A stretch of 64,000 bases of DNA from a bacterium (GCA_030549815.1 JAUQQQ010000002.1:111232-175231); one strand, 5' to 3'. Counted from the stretch's first letter, positions 29,007-39,155 are shown. Program-made: numbers and translations. Notes: generated from the letters alone by a model not told the origin.

Positions 29007-30158
29007 TTGATAGAAAAATTTTTCAATGAAGGGAACACCCACATAAAAAAAGAGAATCCTGTAGAAGAATCCTTTTTGAATAAAAAGATAATTTTTTCAG
29101 AATATCCACTTCTTATATATTGGGAATTAACAAGAGCATGCGATTTAGTTTGTAAACATTGCCGTGCAAATTCAATAAAAAATCCTGAACAAAATGAGTT
29201 AAATACCAACCAAATATTCAAAATAATAGACGATATAAGGGAAAACTTTTCGAAAAATACAACGATTGTATTTACAGGTGGAGACCCATTGAAAAGAAAT
29301 GATCTATTTGAAATTATAGATTACACAAGAAAAAAAGGAGTAAGGTTTGCATTGGCACCATCAGCAACCAATCTTATAACATACAAAATTATTGAAAAAC
29401 TTAAAGAATCCGGTGTAGAATCAATATCTTTAAGTTTAGACTCTCATAATCCAGATATACATGATAAAATTAGAGGAGTAGAAAAAACTTTCCAAAGAAC
29501 AATAGAATTAGCAAATATCATAAATAGTCTAAACATAAACCTTCAAATTAATACCTTAATCTACAAAGAAAATTATAATGATTTAGAAAGAATGTATGAA
29601 TTCTTAGAGAAAAACATAAAACCCCATAGATGGAGTTTATTTTTATTGATCAAGACAGGAAGAGGAACAGAATTAGAAGAGCCAACAGCAAGCGAAGTAG
29701 AAAAATTTAATAATAGACTTTACAAAATACACAAAAATTCTTCTTTTCTAATAAAAACAACAGAATTACATCACTACCGCAGAACATTTATAAAGAGAAT
29801 GATTAATGAGGGTAAAAGTATAGAGGAGATCAAAAAAACAAGTATTTACAGGGGAGCAGGAATAAGAGATGGAAATGGAATAATATTCATCTCATCCAAA
29901 GGATTTGTATACCCATCTGGTTTTCTTCCCTTAATCGTTGGTAATTTGAAAAAAAATATATTATCAGATATTTATAAAAACAGTTCTTTGCTAAAAAAAT
30001 TAAGAGACCCTGATAATTTTGAAGGTAAATGTGGATATTGCGAATTTAGGTATATTTGCGGGGGTTCAAGAGCAAGAGCATTTGCTAAAACCAAAAATCC
30101 TTTTTCTTCTGAACCACTCTGTTTATATAAACCACAAGTTTTTAACAAATTTTATTAA
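29007..30158 (+). CDS. radical SAM / SPASM-domain protein, AhbC/AhbD/NirJ-like
   Basis: WELTRACDLVCKHCRA (CxxxCxxC), TGGDPLKRNDLF, and the C-terminal CGYCEFRYICGGSRA SPASM cysteines. The start is probably the TTG at 29007, 8 nt after GGGGGAGG, although the ORF track starts it at 28989. Confidence 0.75.
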   Translation: MIEKFFNEGNTHIKKENPVEESFLNKKIIFSEYPLLIYWELTRACDLVCKHCRANSIKNPEQNELNTNQIFKIIDDIRENFSKNTTIVFTGGDPLKRNDLFEIIDYTRKKGVRFALAPSATNLITYKIIEKLKESGVESISLSLDSHNPDIHDKIRGVEKTFQRTIELANIINSLNINLQINTLIYKENYNDLERMYEFLEKNIKPHRWSLFLLIKTGRGTELEEPTASEVEKFNNRLYKIHKNSSFLIKTTELHHYRRTFIKRMINEGKSIEEIKKTSIYRGAGIRDGNGIIFISSKGFVYPSGFLPLIVGNLKKNILSDIYKNSSLLKKLRDPDNFEGKCGYCEFRYICGGSRARAFAKTKNPFSSEPLCLYKPQVFNKFY

Positions 30159-30233
30159 AATAAAAAACACAAAATAAAAAAAGAAGAAAACTGTTATTTG
30201 ACATGTTAAATTTTTTTTGCTTTGTAGATTAGA

Positions 30234-32150
30234 CTACTTTATAGAAGCGTTTAATTGTCCTAAGGCAATCCCACTATCGTTAGGTGGAATATTTTTGTGA
30301 AAATAAATCTTAAAAACTCTAAATTTTTCTAATATTGAATAGCAAAGGATTTTATTTTGGAAAACTCCTCCAGAAAATCCGACAGTATCAATCCCATAAT
30401 TATCCATTATATTTTTCGCAATTTCATACATTGCTTGTGTAATAGTATTATGGAATTTTCTTGCTAAATCATTATAATTCTCATAATCCCTTTTTTCAAG
30501 GATATACTTAAAGGTTTCCAAGAAATCAACAATCAGCATATCATTTTCTTTATTAATACTGAATGGTAGGTAAGAATTTTCGCTTGATTTCAACGCCAAA
30601 TTTTCTAATTCTATTGCTGCTTGACCAGAAAACATTATTTTTTGATTTTCTCTTATTTTTAGCAGAACAGCAGCAATATCAAAAAGCCTTCCTACCGACG
30701 ATGTATAATAAACATTCTCATCTTTTTCTATCTGCTTTATTACTATCTGTTTTTGGAAGTTATTAATTTCATTAAATAAGTTCAACTTTTGTGGTAAAAA
30801 TTTAGCAACAAAAGAAAGTGCTATAAACACAGGATTCTCGATAGCAGAGTCACCCGCAACTATAGGGATATACCTAAAATGTGCTACCCTGTATAAATTA
30901 AAAATATCCCCAACAAAAACTTCTCCCCCCCAAATTTTTCCATCTTCCCCATAACCAGTACCATCAAAAGAAAACCCTATTAACTTGTCCTTGATATTCC
31001 TGTCAATTATTAAAGAATATATATGAGCCTTATGATGTTGCACCTTCCTTAATTCAACCCCTATATTATAAGATAAATCCTCAGCAAAAGTAGTAGATAA
31101 ATAATAAGGATGTAAATCGCAAACTACCATTTTTGGATTCAAATCATATAAATCGATCAATTTATGAACCATTTTCTGATAATTATCAAAAACATGTTGG
31201 CTAACAAGATGACCTAACCTTGTAGATAAGAATATTTTATTTTCTTTAACTAAACAAATAGAACTTTCCAATTCTGGCCCTAAACAAATACTATCAAAAA
31301 ATTCATAATCCGTTTTAATAAATTTTCCAACTCTTCCAATTCCTCTCCTAATACATAAACCCAGCTCATTATAAACAATAGAAAAATCCTGAATGTTATT
31401 GATTTTTAAATTATTATAAACAATGTATTTTACTTTATCATAAAATTTTTCTAAAACTTCTTCATCATCTATATAAGGGCTTTCTGAAGAAATATTTAAA
31501 CTACTAAATACCAAGGGTTTATTAAAAAAATTAAAAATCAAAACAAAAAAAGGATCATTAGCAATCCATATTCCGAAATAATCGTTACTTGAAATCTTGG
31601 AAGAAAATTTAGAATTTAAAGCTCTGATGATTTTTATATCAAGAGAATTATCATCGATCTTTTCCTCTGTTGTAATATATTCCTTCAACATTTCAAGAGA
31701 GGAAAAAGCTATAGGTAAAGGTTTTTGAGTTCTCTTTATACTTCTTAATTTTTCAATAGCTGATTCATTAGTTGCATCACAAATTAGATAATAAATATTA
31801 GAAGTCTTTAAAGCAATAATCTCTCCTTTACTTAAGATCATAGAAATCTCTTTGAACAGCAAGTAGTAATCTTCGAAATATTGGTTGTTCAAATATATCT
31901 TTGGACCACATTTAGAACAACATATAAAACTATACTTAAATCTTCTTGATTTAACATCATCATATTCTTTTTTACATTCATCACAAATATCAAAATACAA
32001 TTCTTTTTTTGAAAATATTGAAAAAAAAGAACCGCAATTATTACAACCACTAAAAGGATAAAAATATCTCCTACTATTTGGGTCCAAAATTTCATTCCTA
32101 CATTCCTGACAAATAGGTTTATCATTGTTTTCTTTAACTATTTCAATCAT
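30234..32150 (-). CDS. hypF: carbamoyltransferase HypF lacking the N-terminal acylphosphatase domain
   Basis: Two CxxC-x18-CxxC zinc fingers at the N-terminus, a YrdC-like block and a Kae1/HypF C-terminal domain. 638 aa. Confidence 0.85.
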   Translation of the reverse strand: MIEIVKENNDKPICQECRNEILDPNSRRYFYPFSGCNNCGSFFSIFSKKELYFDICDECKKEYDDVKSRRFKYSFICCSKCGPKIYLNNQYFEDYYLLFKEISMILSKGEIIALKTSNIYYLICDATNESAIEKLRSIKRTQKPLPIAFSSLEMLKEYITTEEKIDDNSLDIKIIRALNSKFSSKISSNDYFGIWIANDPFFVLIFNFFNKPLVFSSLNISSESPYIDDEEVLEKFYDKVKYIVYNNLKINNIQDFSIVYNELGLCIRRGIGRVGKFIKTDYEFFDSICLGPELESSICLVKENKIFLSTRLGHLVSQHVFDNYQKMVHKLIDLYDLNPKMVVCDLHPYYLSTTFAEDLSYNIGVELRKVQHHKAHIYSLIIDRNIKDKLIGFSFDGTGYGEDGKIWGGEVFVGDIFNLYRVAHFRYIPIVAGDSAIENPVFIALSFVAKFLPQKLNLFNEINNFQKQIVIKQIEKDENVYYTSSVGRLFDIAAVLLKIRENQKIMFSGQAAIELENLALKSSENSYLPFSINKENDMLIVDFLETFKYILEKRDYENYNDLARKFHNTITQAMYEIAKNIMDNYGIDTVGFSGGVFQNKILCYSILEKFRVFKIYFHKNIPPNDSGIALGQLNASIK

Positions 32151-32151
32151 G

Positions 32152-34023
32152 TCAGGATACCTCCTGAAAATTTTTTGAAAATTCTCGAGGGAAATTTTTC
32201 ATTGCAGTAATCAAAGGAATAGGAGCAGCTTGTCCCAATCCACATAAACTTGCATTCATAACAGTCCTAATTATTTCATCTATTTTTCTATCTAAATTTT
32301 TACCGTTAAGGAAATCATTCAGTTTTTCAGTTAATTTAACTGTGCCAACTCTACACGGGATACATTGACCACAACTCTCATCAGCAAAAAACTGCATTAA
32401 ATCCCTTACTAACTCTGGAATACTCATGCTATTGGGAATAGCAAAAATTGCTCCTGATCCTAACATAGCCCCTTCCCTCTGTATATCCTCATATGTATAA
32501 TCCAAATCAAGAGAAGAATTTGTTAATATCCCTCCTGACGGACCACCTATTAACAATCCTTTATTAGGTTCTCTAAAACCAAATCCAATTTCCTCTATTA
32601 TTTTTCTAACTTTTATCCCATATGGAACTTCGTTAACACAAGGATTATTAACATTTCCTGTTAACGAAATCATCTTCGTTCCAATAGATTGTCCTTTACC
32701 GTATTCTTTAAACACTTCTGGTCCGTAACTAACAGCACATGCTAAAGCAGCTAATGTTTCAACGTTATTTATTAAAGTAGGTTTTCCAAAAAGTCCTTGC
32801 TGGAAAGGGAAAGGTGGTCTATTTCTGGGCATAGCCTTCTTACCCTCTATTACTTCCAACATTGCAGTTTCTTCACCTGCAATATAAGCACTTGGCGACC
32901 TTCTTATTTCTATGTCAAAATCATTACTTACAAAATTAAAAAATCCCATATCCTTTGCTTGTTTTATAACATTTTTCAACCTCTCTATAGCTTCCTTAGC
33001 TTTGTAATTAACGAAGATATATCCTTTTGTTGCCCCCACAACATAAGCAGCAATAATTATTCCTTCAATAATAATGAAAGGATTAGATTCAGCAAGGATT
33101 ACATTACAGTAAGAAGCAACTTCACCCTCTTCCAGATTAGCAACTACAAATTTTGGATTTTCTTTCTGCTGCATTACTCCTTGCAATTTTATATGCAATG
33201 GGAAAGCGGCTCCTCCCCTACCCCTTATACCTGCCTCTTTTGCAATCTCTATAATTCTTTCCTTTCCTAATTCCACCGCCTTTTTTATACCTTCAAAACC
33301 ACCAATTTTAATATAACTGTCAATATTAAAAGGATCAACAAAATCATTGTATTTCATTATAATTTTGCCTTTTCTATCAAAATTTAAGAAATTCTCTCTA
33401 TTTATAATCGTAGGATCTTGTTTAATTTTATTAAGAAAAGTTGGTGATAGCTGAAAAACTTTGTTATCAATAATTCCTACAGGAGCAAAACCACAAAATC
33501 CTAAACAACCACAGTTCTCAACATCAAATCCTGATAAATCTACATCCTTATGTAAGCAATTACCAGCAACACATCTCCTTATCTTTATCTTCCCATTAAC
33601 ATTTGAGTTAAAAGATATGTTCCTTTCTAAATTTTTTACATCCGGATTTTTAATATTAATGATATATTCCATTTTTTGATTAAGAATAAAGCGATCTTTA
33701 AATTTAACTACCGGAGCTTGAGCACATTTCTTGAAACAATAAGATCTTCTTACATCAAACCCCTGTTTTTGTAGTTCTTCATATAACTTTCGAGAACCCT
33801 TTTCTAAACAAGATATTCCAAAACACACATAAACAGCATTTTTATTTTTTATTTCTGAAAACTCTTTATAAAAAGATATAATGGCCTTTATTTCATTTTT
33901 TACAATTTCCAATTCTTTTGACAAATTTTCTATATCTTTTTCTTCTATTCTTCCTTTTTCTTCCAAAATATCAAACAGTTTTTCTATGAGCAAAGATTTT
34001 TTTATTTGGTTCTCCTTTAACAT
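32152..34023 (-). CDS. NuoE-NuoF-like fused flavoprotein (NAD(P)-linked hydrogenase/diaphorase subunit, HndC/HoxF-like)
   Basis: An N-terminal thioredoxin-like 2Fe-2S motif (CFGISC..CFKKC), then RGRGGAAFP (FMN/NADH site) and CGQCIPCRVG (N3 4Fe-4S). Confidence 0.8.
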   Translation of the reverse strand: MLKENQIKKSLLIEKLFDILEEKGRIEEKDIENLSKELEIVKNEIKAIISFYKEFSEIKNKNAVYVCFGISCLEKGSRKLYEELQKQGFDVRRSYCFKKCAQAPVVKFKDRFILNQKMEYIINIKNPDVKNLERNISFNSNVNGKIKIRRCVAGNCLHKDVDLSGFDVENCGCLGFCGFAPVGIIDNKVFQLSPTFLNKIKQDPTIINRENFLNFDRKGKIIMKYNDFVDPFNIDSYIKIGGFEGIKKAVELGKERIIEIAKEAGIRGRGGAAFPLHIKLQGVMQQKENPKFVVANLEEGEVASYCNVILAESNPFIIIEGIIIAAYVVGATKGYIFVNYKAKEAIERLKNVIKQAKDMGFFNFVSNDFDIEIRRSPSAYIAGEETAMLEVIEGKKAMPRNRPPFPFQQGLFGKPTLINNVETLAALACAVSYGPEVFKEYGKGQSIGTKMISLTGNVNNPCVNEVPYGIKVRKIIEEIGFGFREPNKGLLIGGPSGGILTNSSLDLDYTYEDIQREGAMLGSGAIFAIPNSMSIPELVRDLMQFFADESCGQCIPCRVGTVKLTEKLNDFLNGKNLDRKIDEIIRTVMNASLCGLGQAAPIPLITAMKNFPREFSKNFQEVS

Positions 34024-35021
34024 ATTCTTGGTAATATATCTCCTTTCAAACTTTCTAATATTCTTCTGGTTCCTATTCTTGTAATGAGAAAAGTTTTCGG
34101 TTTTTCAAAGCTTTTTACTTTTCCTATAACTTTAGCATTTTTTCCTAATGGATGTTGATGAAGATACTCAATTATTTGCTGGGATTGGTTTTTGGAAGCG
34201 ACGATCACAGCTTTCCCTTCATTTGCAGCATATAGTGGGTCAATCCCCAATACTTCAGAAGCACTTATAACCCATTCTTTAACCGGTATTTCCTCTTCAT
34301 AAATTTCAATCTCAACTTTATATTTTTGGTTAATTTCATTGAGAACAGTAGCAACTCCACCCCTTGTTGCATCTCTAACAAACTTTATGCCATCAAATTT
34401 ATCAAGTAAAGGTAATATAAGGTTACTCAAGTTAGCCAAGTCTGATTGAACCTCATCATCAGTTTCTACTCCTAACCTTTCAAGCATAATATAAAGTCCA
34501 TGCTCTCCTATGGATCCAGTAACAATAATAACATCCTCTGGCTCTATTTTTCTATCTTTCCATTTTCTTTGTTTATCTATTATTCCTATACCCGATGTAT
34601 TGATAAAAACTTTATCTCCTTTATTTTTTTCAACAACCTTCGTGTCTCCTGTTATTATTTTTACATTGGCTTCCTGAGCTGCCTGCGAAATAGAATTGAG
34701 TATTCTTTTTAGATCTTTCATTTCGAATCCCTCTTCAAAAATAAAAGCAAGAGAGAGAAATAGTGGTTGAGCACCAACAACACAAAGATCATTAACCGTC
34801 CCAAAAACCGCCAACTTTCCTATATCCCCATTCTTAAAAAATATCGGATTAATAACATAAGAATCAGTAGTAAAAGCCAATGTACCAGAAATTTCAAATA
34901 TCCCCGAATCTAAAAGTTCATCAAGTATAGGATTAGAAAAATATCTCAAAAAATCTTTTTCTATTAAGTTCCGCATTGATTCTCCACCACTACCATGAGC
35001 CAACAAAATTAAATCACTCAT
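34017..35021 (-). CDS. hypE: [NiFe]-hydrogenase maturation factor HypE
   Basis: N-terminal LAHGSGG and the diagnostic C-terminal PRIC. 334 aa. Confidence 0.9.
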   Translation of the reverse strand: MSDLILLAHGSGGESMRNLIEKDFLRYFSNPILDELLDSGIFEISGTLAFTTDSYVINPIFFKNGDIGKLAVFGTVNDLCVVGAQPLFLSLAFIFEEGFEMKDLKRILNSISQAAQEANVKIITGDTKVVEKNKGDKVFINTSGIGIIDKQRKWKDRKIEPEDVIIVTGSIGEHGLYIMLERLGVETDDEVQSDLANLSNLILPLLDKFDGIKFVRDATRGGVATVLNEINQKYKVEIEIYEEEIPVKEWVISASEVLGIDPLYAANEGKAVIVASKNQSQQIIEYLHQHPLGKNAKVIGKVKSFEKPKTFLITRIGTRRILESLKGDILPRIC

Positions 35022-35164
35022 TCACACCACCACCTACTCAAAAAAATACAATAAACTAAAAACTTTACCTTCTTTTTTAATCTCAACAAAACAGTAAAAG
35101 GAATTAAATTTGTTCAGGAAAAATTATAATAATGAAGCAATAAAAAATAAATAGGAGGAAAATA

Positions 35165-36127
35165 ATGATAGAATTGGCAAATAAAATAGAAAAACTAAAA
35201 GAAATCACAAAAAACAAAAATGTAGCTGTCTTATTTCCAGGTCAAGCAAGCCAATACAAAGACATGGGAATGTCATGGTACAACTGTTTTGATAAATTCA
35301 AACAAACATTTGATTATATCAACAATAAAATTGAAAAAGAGTTTAAAGATTACTTAGGTTCTAATTTGTTTGAAATTATAAAAGACGAAGAAAAATTGAA
35401 TATAACACTCTATAGTCAAATCTCAATATTTGCAGTATCCATTTCATGTTATTACACAATAAATGAAACAATAGAAAATGTAGTTTGTTTTGCTGGACAT
35501 AGTTTAGGAGAATACACAGCTTTAACTGCTTCAAATACTATAAATCTTGACGATGCAATAAATTTAGTAGTAAAAAGAGGATATTATATGCACCATTATT
35601 CACAAAACGGTACAATGTTCGCTATCATCTACCCCTTCTCAACAGAATCAATCTCTAAATTAGAAAATATCCTACAAAATTACAATGCAGTTATAGCAAA
35701 TTACAACTCATACAACCAATTAATAGTATCATCTCCTATAAACAATACAGAACAAATAAAAGAAGAAATAAAAAAAGAATTCAACAGTTGCAAGATTATC
35801 CCACTAAAAGTTTCAGGCGCTTTCCACAGTTATTTAGTAAATCAAGCTAATAACTATTTGGCACAAGAAATAGAAAAAGTAGAATTCCAAAAACCACAAA
35901 AACCAATATTCCTTGACACACAACCAGTAACTGATCCGCAACAAATAAAAGAAATAATGAAAAAACAAATGATAACACCTGTAAATTGGATAAAAACAGT
36001 AGAAAATATCAATAAAAAATACTCAAATCTAATATTACTTGAAGTCTTACCAAACAAAATCTTAACAAATTTAGGTAGAAAAGGACTTAATGTGGGCGAA
36101 ATATCAATATCAATCGAAGAAATTTAA
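35165..36127 (+). CDS. fabD: [acyl-carrier-protein] S-malonyltransferase FabD
   Basis: LFPGQASQYKDMG and GHSLGEYTAL (active-site Ser). Confidence 0.85.
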   Translation: MIELANKIEKLKEITKNKNVAVLFPGQASQYKDMGMSWYNCFDKFKQTFDYINNKIEKEFKDYLGSNLFEIIKDEEKLNITLYSQISIFAVSISCYYTINETIENVVCFAGHSLGEYTALTASNTINLDDAINLVVKRGYYMHHYSQNGTMFAIIYPFSTESISKLENILQNYNAVIANYNSYNQLIVSSPINNTEQIKEEIKKEFNSCKIIPLKVSGAFHSYLVNQANNYLAQEIEKVEFQKPQKPIFLDTQPVTDPQQIKEIMKKQMITPVNWIKTVENINKKYSNLILLEVLPNKILTNLGRKGLNVGEISISIEEI

Positions 36128-36148
36128 CAATAAAAAACTTAACTTAAA

Positions 36149-38203
36149 GTGCAACAAATAAAAGAATTAGAAAAAATCAAAGAAATTATAATAAATCAAA
36201 CATCTAATTTAGGGAAAATTTTAACAGATTACATCTTTTCAAAGATATCAAAACAAGAAAATTTAACAGGATTAAAAGAAATATCCTTCGAATATTATCA
36301 ACTTATTTCAAATCAAGAGTTCTTATCGAAAGTTCATAAAAGATTCAACGATAACTACATAACTAAATTATTTTCAATAGAAATAATAGAAGGAGAAAGT
36401 ATTCAATCCTTAGTTTTTTCAATAAAACCAAACTATTCTATATTCGATGCAAAAAGCATATTAACTATTGGAGAATTCATACAATCGTTTGTCAATTACA
36501 AAAAATTATTTCTCAACTTTATTTCTGAAAACAACCTACCTTATAAAAACATAAGGAATTTTGTTTCATCAACCTCCAATTTCAAAGATCTTCTGAACAC
36601 GATATTTTACTTTATTGATAGTAAAGGAAACATAAGGGACGACGCTACAGTAGAATTAAAAAAAATAAGACAAGAAATATCAAACTTGATTAAATATATA
36701 CCAAACAAACTTCATGAATTTATTAGAGAAAATAACCAATATTTAGTTTCTAACGAAGTAAGTTATAGGAATGGAAGGTATGTTATTTTACTAAATTCTC
36801 AATATGTAAGCAATTTTGAAGGAATCGTCCAGGATTACTCATGGACCCATAAGACCGCATTCTTTGAACCACACTTCATAATTAATCTCAATAATAAACT
36901 AACTATATTACAAAACATGGAAAATATTGAAATACAGAAAATTTTATCTCATTTATTTCAAAAAATAGTGGAAAACATAGAAAATATAGGAACATTAATA
37001 AAGGTTTGCTCATTCTTGGAATTTTTTAACAGTTATTTTTCTTTATCTTCTTACTTTTGCTTAGCAGAGGTAAATCAAGAAAGAAAAGTTGAAATAAAAA
37101 ACTTGATCAATCCATTAATAAAGGAATGTGTACCGATTGATATAGAATTTAATGAAGGTTTAATGATAGTGGGGCCCAATAGTGGAGGAAAAAGTGCAGC
37201 ACTAAAATCCACATTTTTAGCATTAATGTTTTCTGCGTGTGGATTACCAATCTTTGCTACAAAAGCCTCATTACCATTTAATAGCAATACAGAACGAATA
37301 AAAGTTTTTTACGATATTCCTGACCCTCAAGATATCACTTTAAACATAAGCACATTTTCAGGACACGTCAAATACTGGAAATACATAATAGAAAATTTAA
37401 ATAAGGATAATTTGGGAAAAACAAAGATTTTTATAATAATGGATGAGCCAGCTTCAGGTACTGAACCAATAGAAGCAAGCACAATAACAATTGCTATAAT
37501 AGAATACTTCTTATCAAAACAAGCATTCGTTATTTTCACAACTCACTACGACTACGTAAAAAATTATTTTTATAAAAAAATAACTACAGCCTCAGTGGAT
37601 TATGATTTTCAAACCAATCATCCCAAATACAAACTCGTCTATAATACCCTACTTCCATCATTACCCACTAACTTACTTTCTTCATTACCAGACTCCATAC
37701 TAACAAGAATAAATGAATTAAAAAACTATTTTCTATCCAACGAATATCAACAAAAATTAAAAGAAATTTACTTAGAAATAAACTCAATAAAACAAGATAT
37801 TCAAGAAAAACAAAAAATAATAGAACAAAAAATTAGAGAAATAGAAGAAGAAAAATTCACGATTAAACAGAAACTTAAAAACGAGCTTATACATAAATTA
37901 TACAATGAATACTCACAAAAAATAGAGAAAATTATCCAAGAATGGGAAAAAGAATTAATCAAAGAAAAAAACAAAGGTATAGATAAATTAGAAAAAAAAT
38001 TGAAATCAATAAAAAATTTTGATCTTATAGATTACTTATCAATGATTGAAACAGAACAAGAAAAAGAAGATATCAAAATAGGAGATGTTGTAGAAATTAA
38101 ATTCCTGCAAGAAAAAGGAATCGTAAAAGAAATCAAAGGAGACAAAATAGTTGTCGAAATAAAAAACAAAAATTTTACTTTGTCAAAAAAAGATATAAAG
38201 TAA
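36149..38203 (+). CDS. MutS2-family protein lacking the C-terminal Smr domain
   Basis: MutS domain V with Walker A GPNSGGKSA and IIMDEPASGTEP. The C-terminal KOW-like IGDVVEIKF..GIVKEIKGDKIVVEI is followed directly by the stop. 684 aa, GTG start. Confidence 0.7.
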   Translation: MQQIKELEKIKEIIINQTSNLGKILTDYIFSKISKQENLTGLKEISFEYYQLISNQEFLSKVHKRFNDNYITKLFSIEIIEGESIQSLVFSIKPNYSIFDAKSILTIGEFIQSFVNYKKLFLNFISENNLPYKNIRNFVSSTSNFKDLLNTIFYFIDSKGNIRDDATVELKKIRQEISNLIKYIPNKLHEFIRENNQYLVSNEVSYRNGRYVILLNSQYVSNFEGIVQDYSWTHKTAFFEPHFIINLNNKLTILQNMENIEIQKILSHLFQKIVENIENIGTLIKVCSFLEFFNSYFSLSSYFCLAEVNQERKVEIKNLINPLIKECVPIDIEFNEGLMIVGPNSGGKSAALKSTFLALMFSACGLPIFATKASLPFNSNTERIKVFYDIPDPQDITLNISTFSGHVKYWKYIIENLNKDNLGKTKIFIIMDEPASGTEPIEASTITIAIIEYFLSKQAFVIFTTHYDYVKNYFYKKITTASVDYDFQTNHPKYKLVYNTLLPSLPTNLLSSLPDSILTRINELKNYFLSNEYQQKLKEIYLEINSIKQDIQEKQKIIEQKIREIEEEKFTIKQKLKNELIHKLYNEYSQKIEKIIQEWEKELIKEKNKGIDKLEKKLKSIKNFDLIDYLSMIETEQEKEDIKIGDVVEIKFLQEKGIVKEIKGDKIVVEIKNKNFTLSKKDIK

Positions 38204-38224
38204 ATATAAAGAGAAGGTTTAAAA

Positions 38225-38575
38225 ATGGGAATAAAATTATCAGAGATATTAGGTAGTCTAAGCCAAGCCTTGGATATGACAGAAGGACAATTAAGAGGAC
38301 ATTCAAAAAGAACAGCATACATAGCATTAAAAATAGCAAGAGAATTATCATTGTCAGATTTCTGGGAATCTTCCAAATTCGCATTAAAATTTGTAAAAAA
38401 GTCTAACTTCCTACAAAAGGTATTTCATCTATACAAGGAAACAGGGCTATCTCCAAAAATAATGGATGATTTGACATTAACAAGATGTACTAATGGTTCA
38501 AAAATAGCAACATATATTGGCTTTAGTAGTGAAGTTGCCAAAGCTATCGAATGCTTAGATGAGCACTGGGAATAG
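38225..38575 (+). CDS. degenerate HD-GYP-like N-terminal fragment (HD motif lost)
   Basis: LSQALDMTEGQLRGHSKRTAYIALKIAREL resembles the HD-GYP entry segment, but no HD dipeptide follows. This may be a decayed tandem duplicate of the next gene. Confidence 0.3.
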   Translation: MGIKLSEILGSLSQALDMTEGQLRGHSKRTAYIALKIARELSLSDFWESSKFALKFVKKSNFLQKVFHLYKETGLSPKIMDDLTLTRCTNGSKIATYIGFSSEVAKAIECLDEHWE

Positions 38576-38636
38576 AATTAGTAAATATTGCTTTCAAATT
38601 TAAGGACAATAAGGAATTCTGGGAAATATACAAAAA

Positions 38637-39155
38637 ATGCTAAACAATCCAGCATTAAACATAAGTTTGGGAATAGAAAATATTGAAGAAAAATTAACTG
38701 TAGATGATATAGATAGAATATGCCAAGCTTTTGCAATGATAATCGACGCCAAAAGTAATTACACTTATGAACATTCATCAAGGGTAGCCAAATATTCAGT
38801 AGCAATTTCTAAAAAAATTGGATTTGATGAAGAAAAGATAAAATTCATATACAGAGCAGGACTTTTACATGATATTGGAAAATTAGGAATACCATCATCT
38901 ATCATAGATAAACCTGGCAAATTAACCAATGAACAAAAGCTCAACGGCAAAGGATATCATCGCAAATTAAAAGGTCAAGAAATAAACGTAGAGTCAAGAA
39001 TTCTGGCAGTAGCAGATGTGTTTGATGCACTTCACAGTGAAAGACCATACCGCCCAGCAATGCCCATTGAAAAAGTCTTTAAAATAATGCAAGAAGAAAT
39101 GAAAGAAGAACTTGATCAAAACATAGTCCTTACACTAAAAGAAATTATCCAATGA
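38637..39155 (+). CDS. HD-GYP-like HD-domain protein with shortened, divergent GYP region
   Basis: YEHSSRVAKYSVAISKKIG..AGLLHDIGKLGIPSSIIDKPGKLT, then directly KGYHRKLKGQEI (GYP read as GYH), then AVADVFDALHSERPYRPA. The usual block carrying the HHE residues appears to be absent. Confidence 0.55.
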   Translation: MLNNPALNISLGIENIEEKLTVDDIDRICQAFAMIIDAKSNYTYEHSSRVAKYSVAISKKIGFDEEKIKFIYRAGLLHDIGKLGIPSSIIDKPGKLTNEQKLNGKGYHRKLKGQEINVESRILAVADVFDALHSERPYRPAMPIEKVFKIMQEEMKEELDQNIVLTLKEIIQ

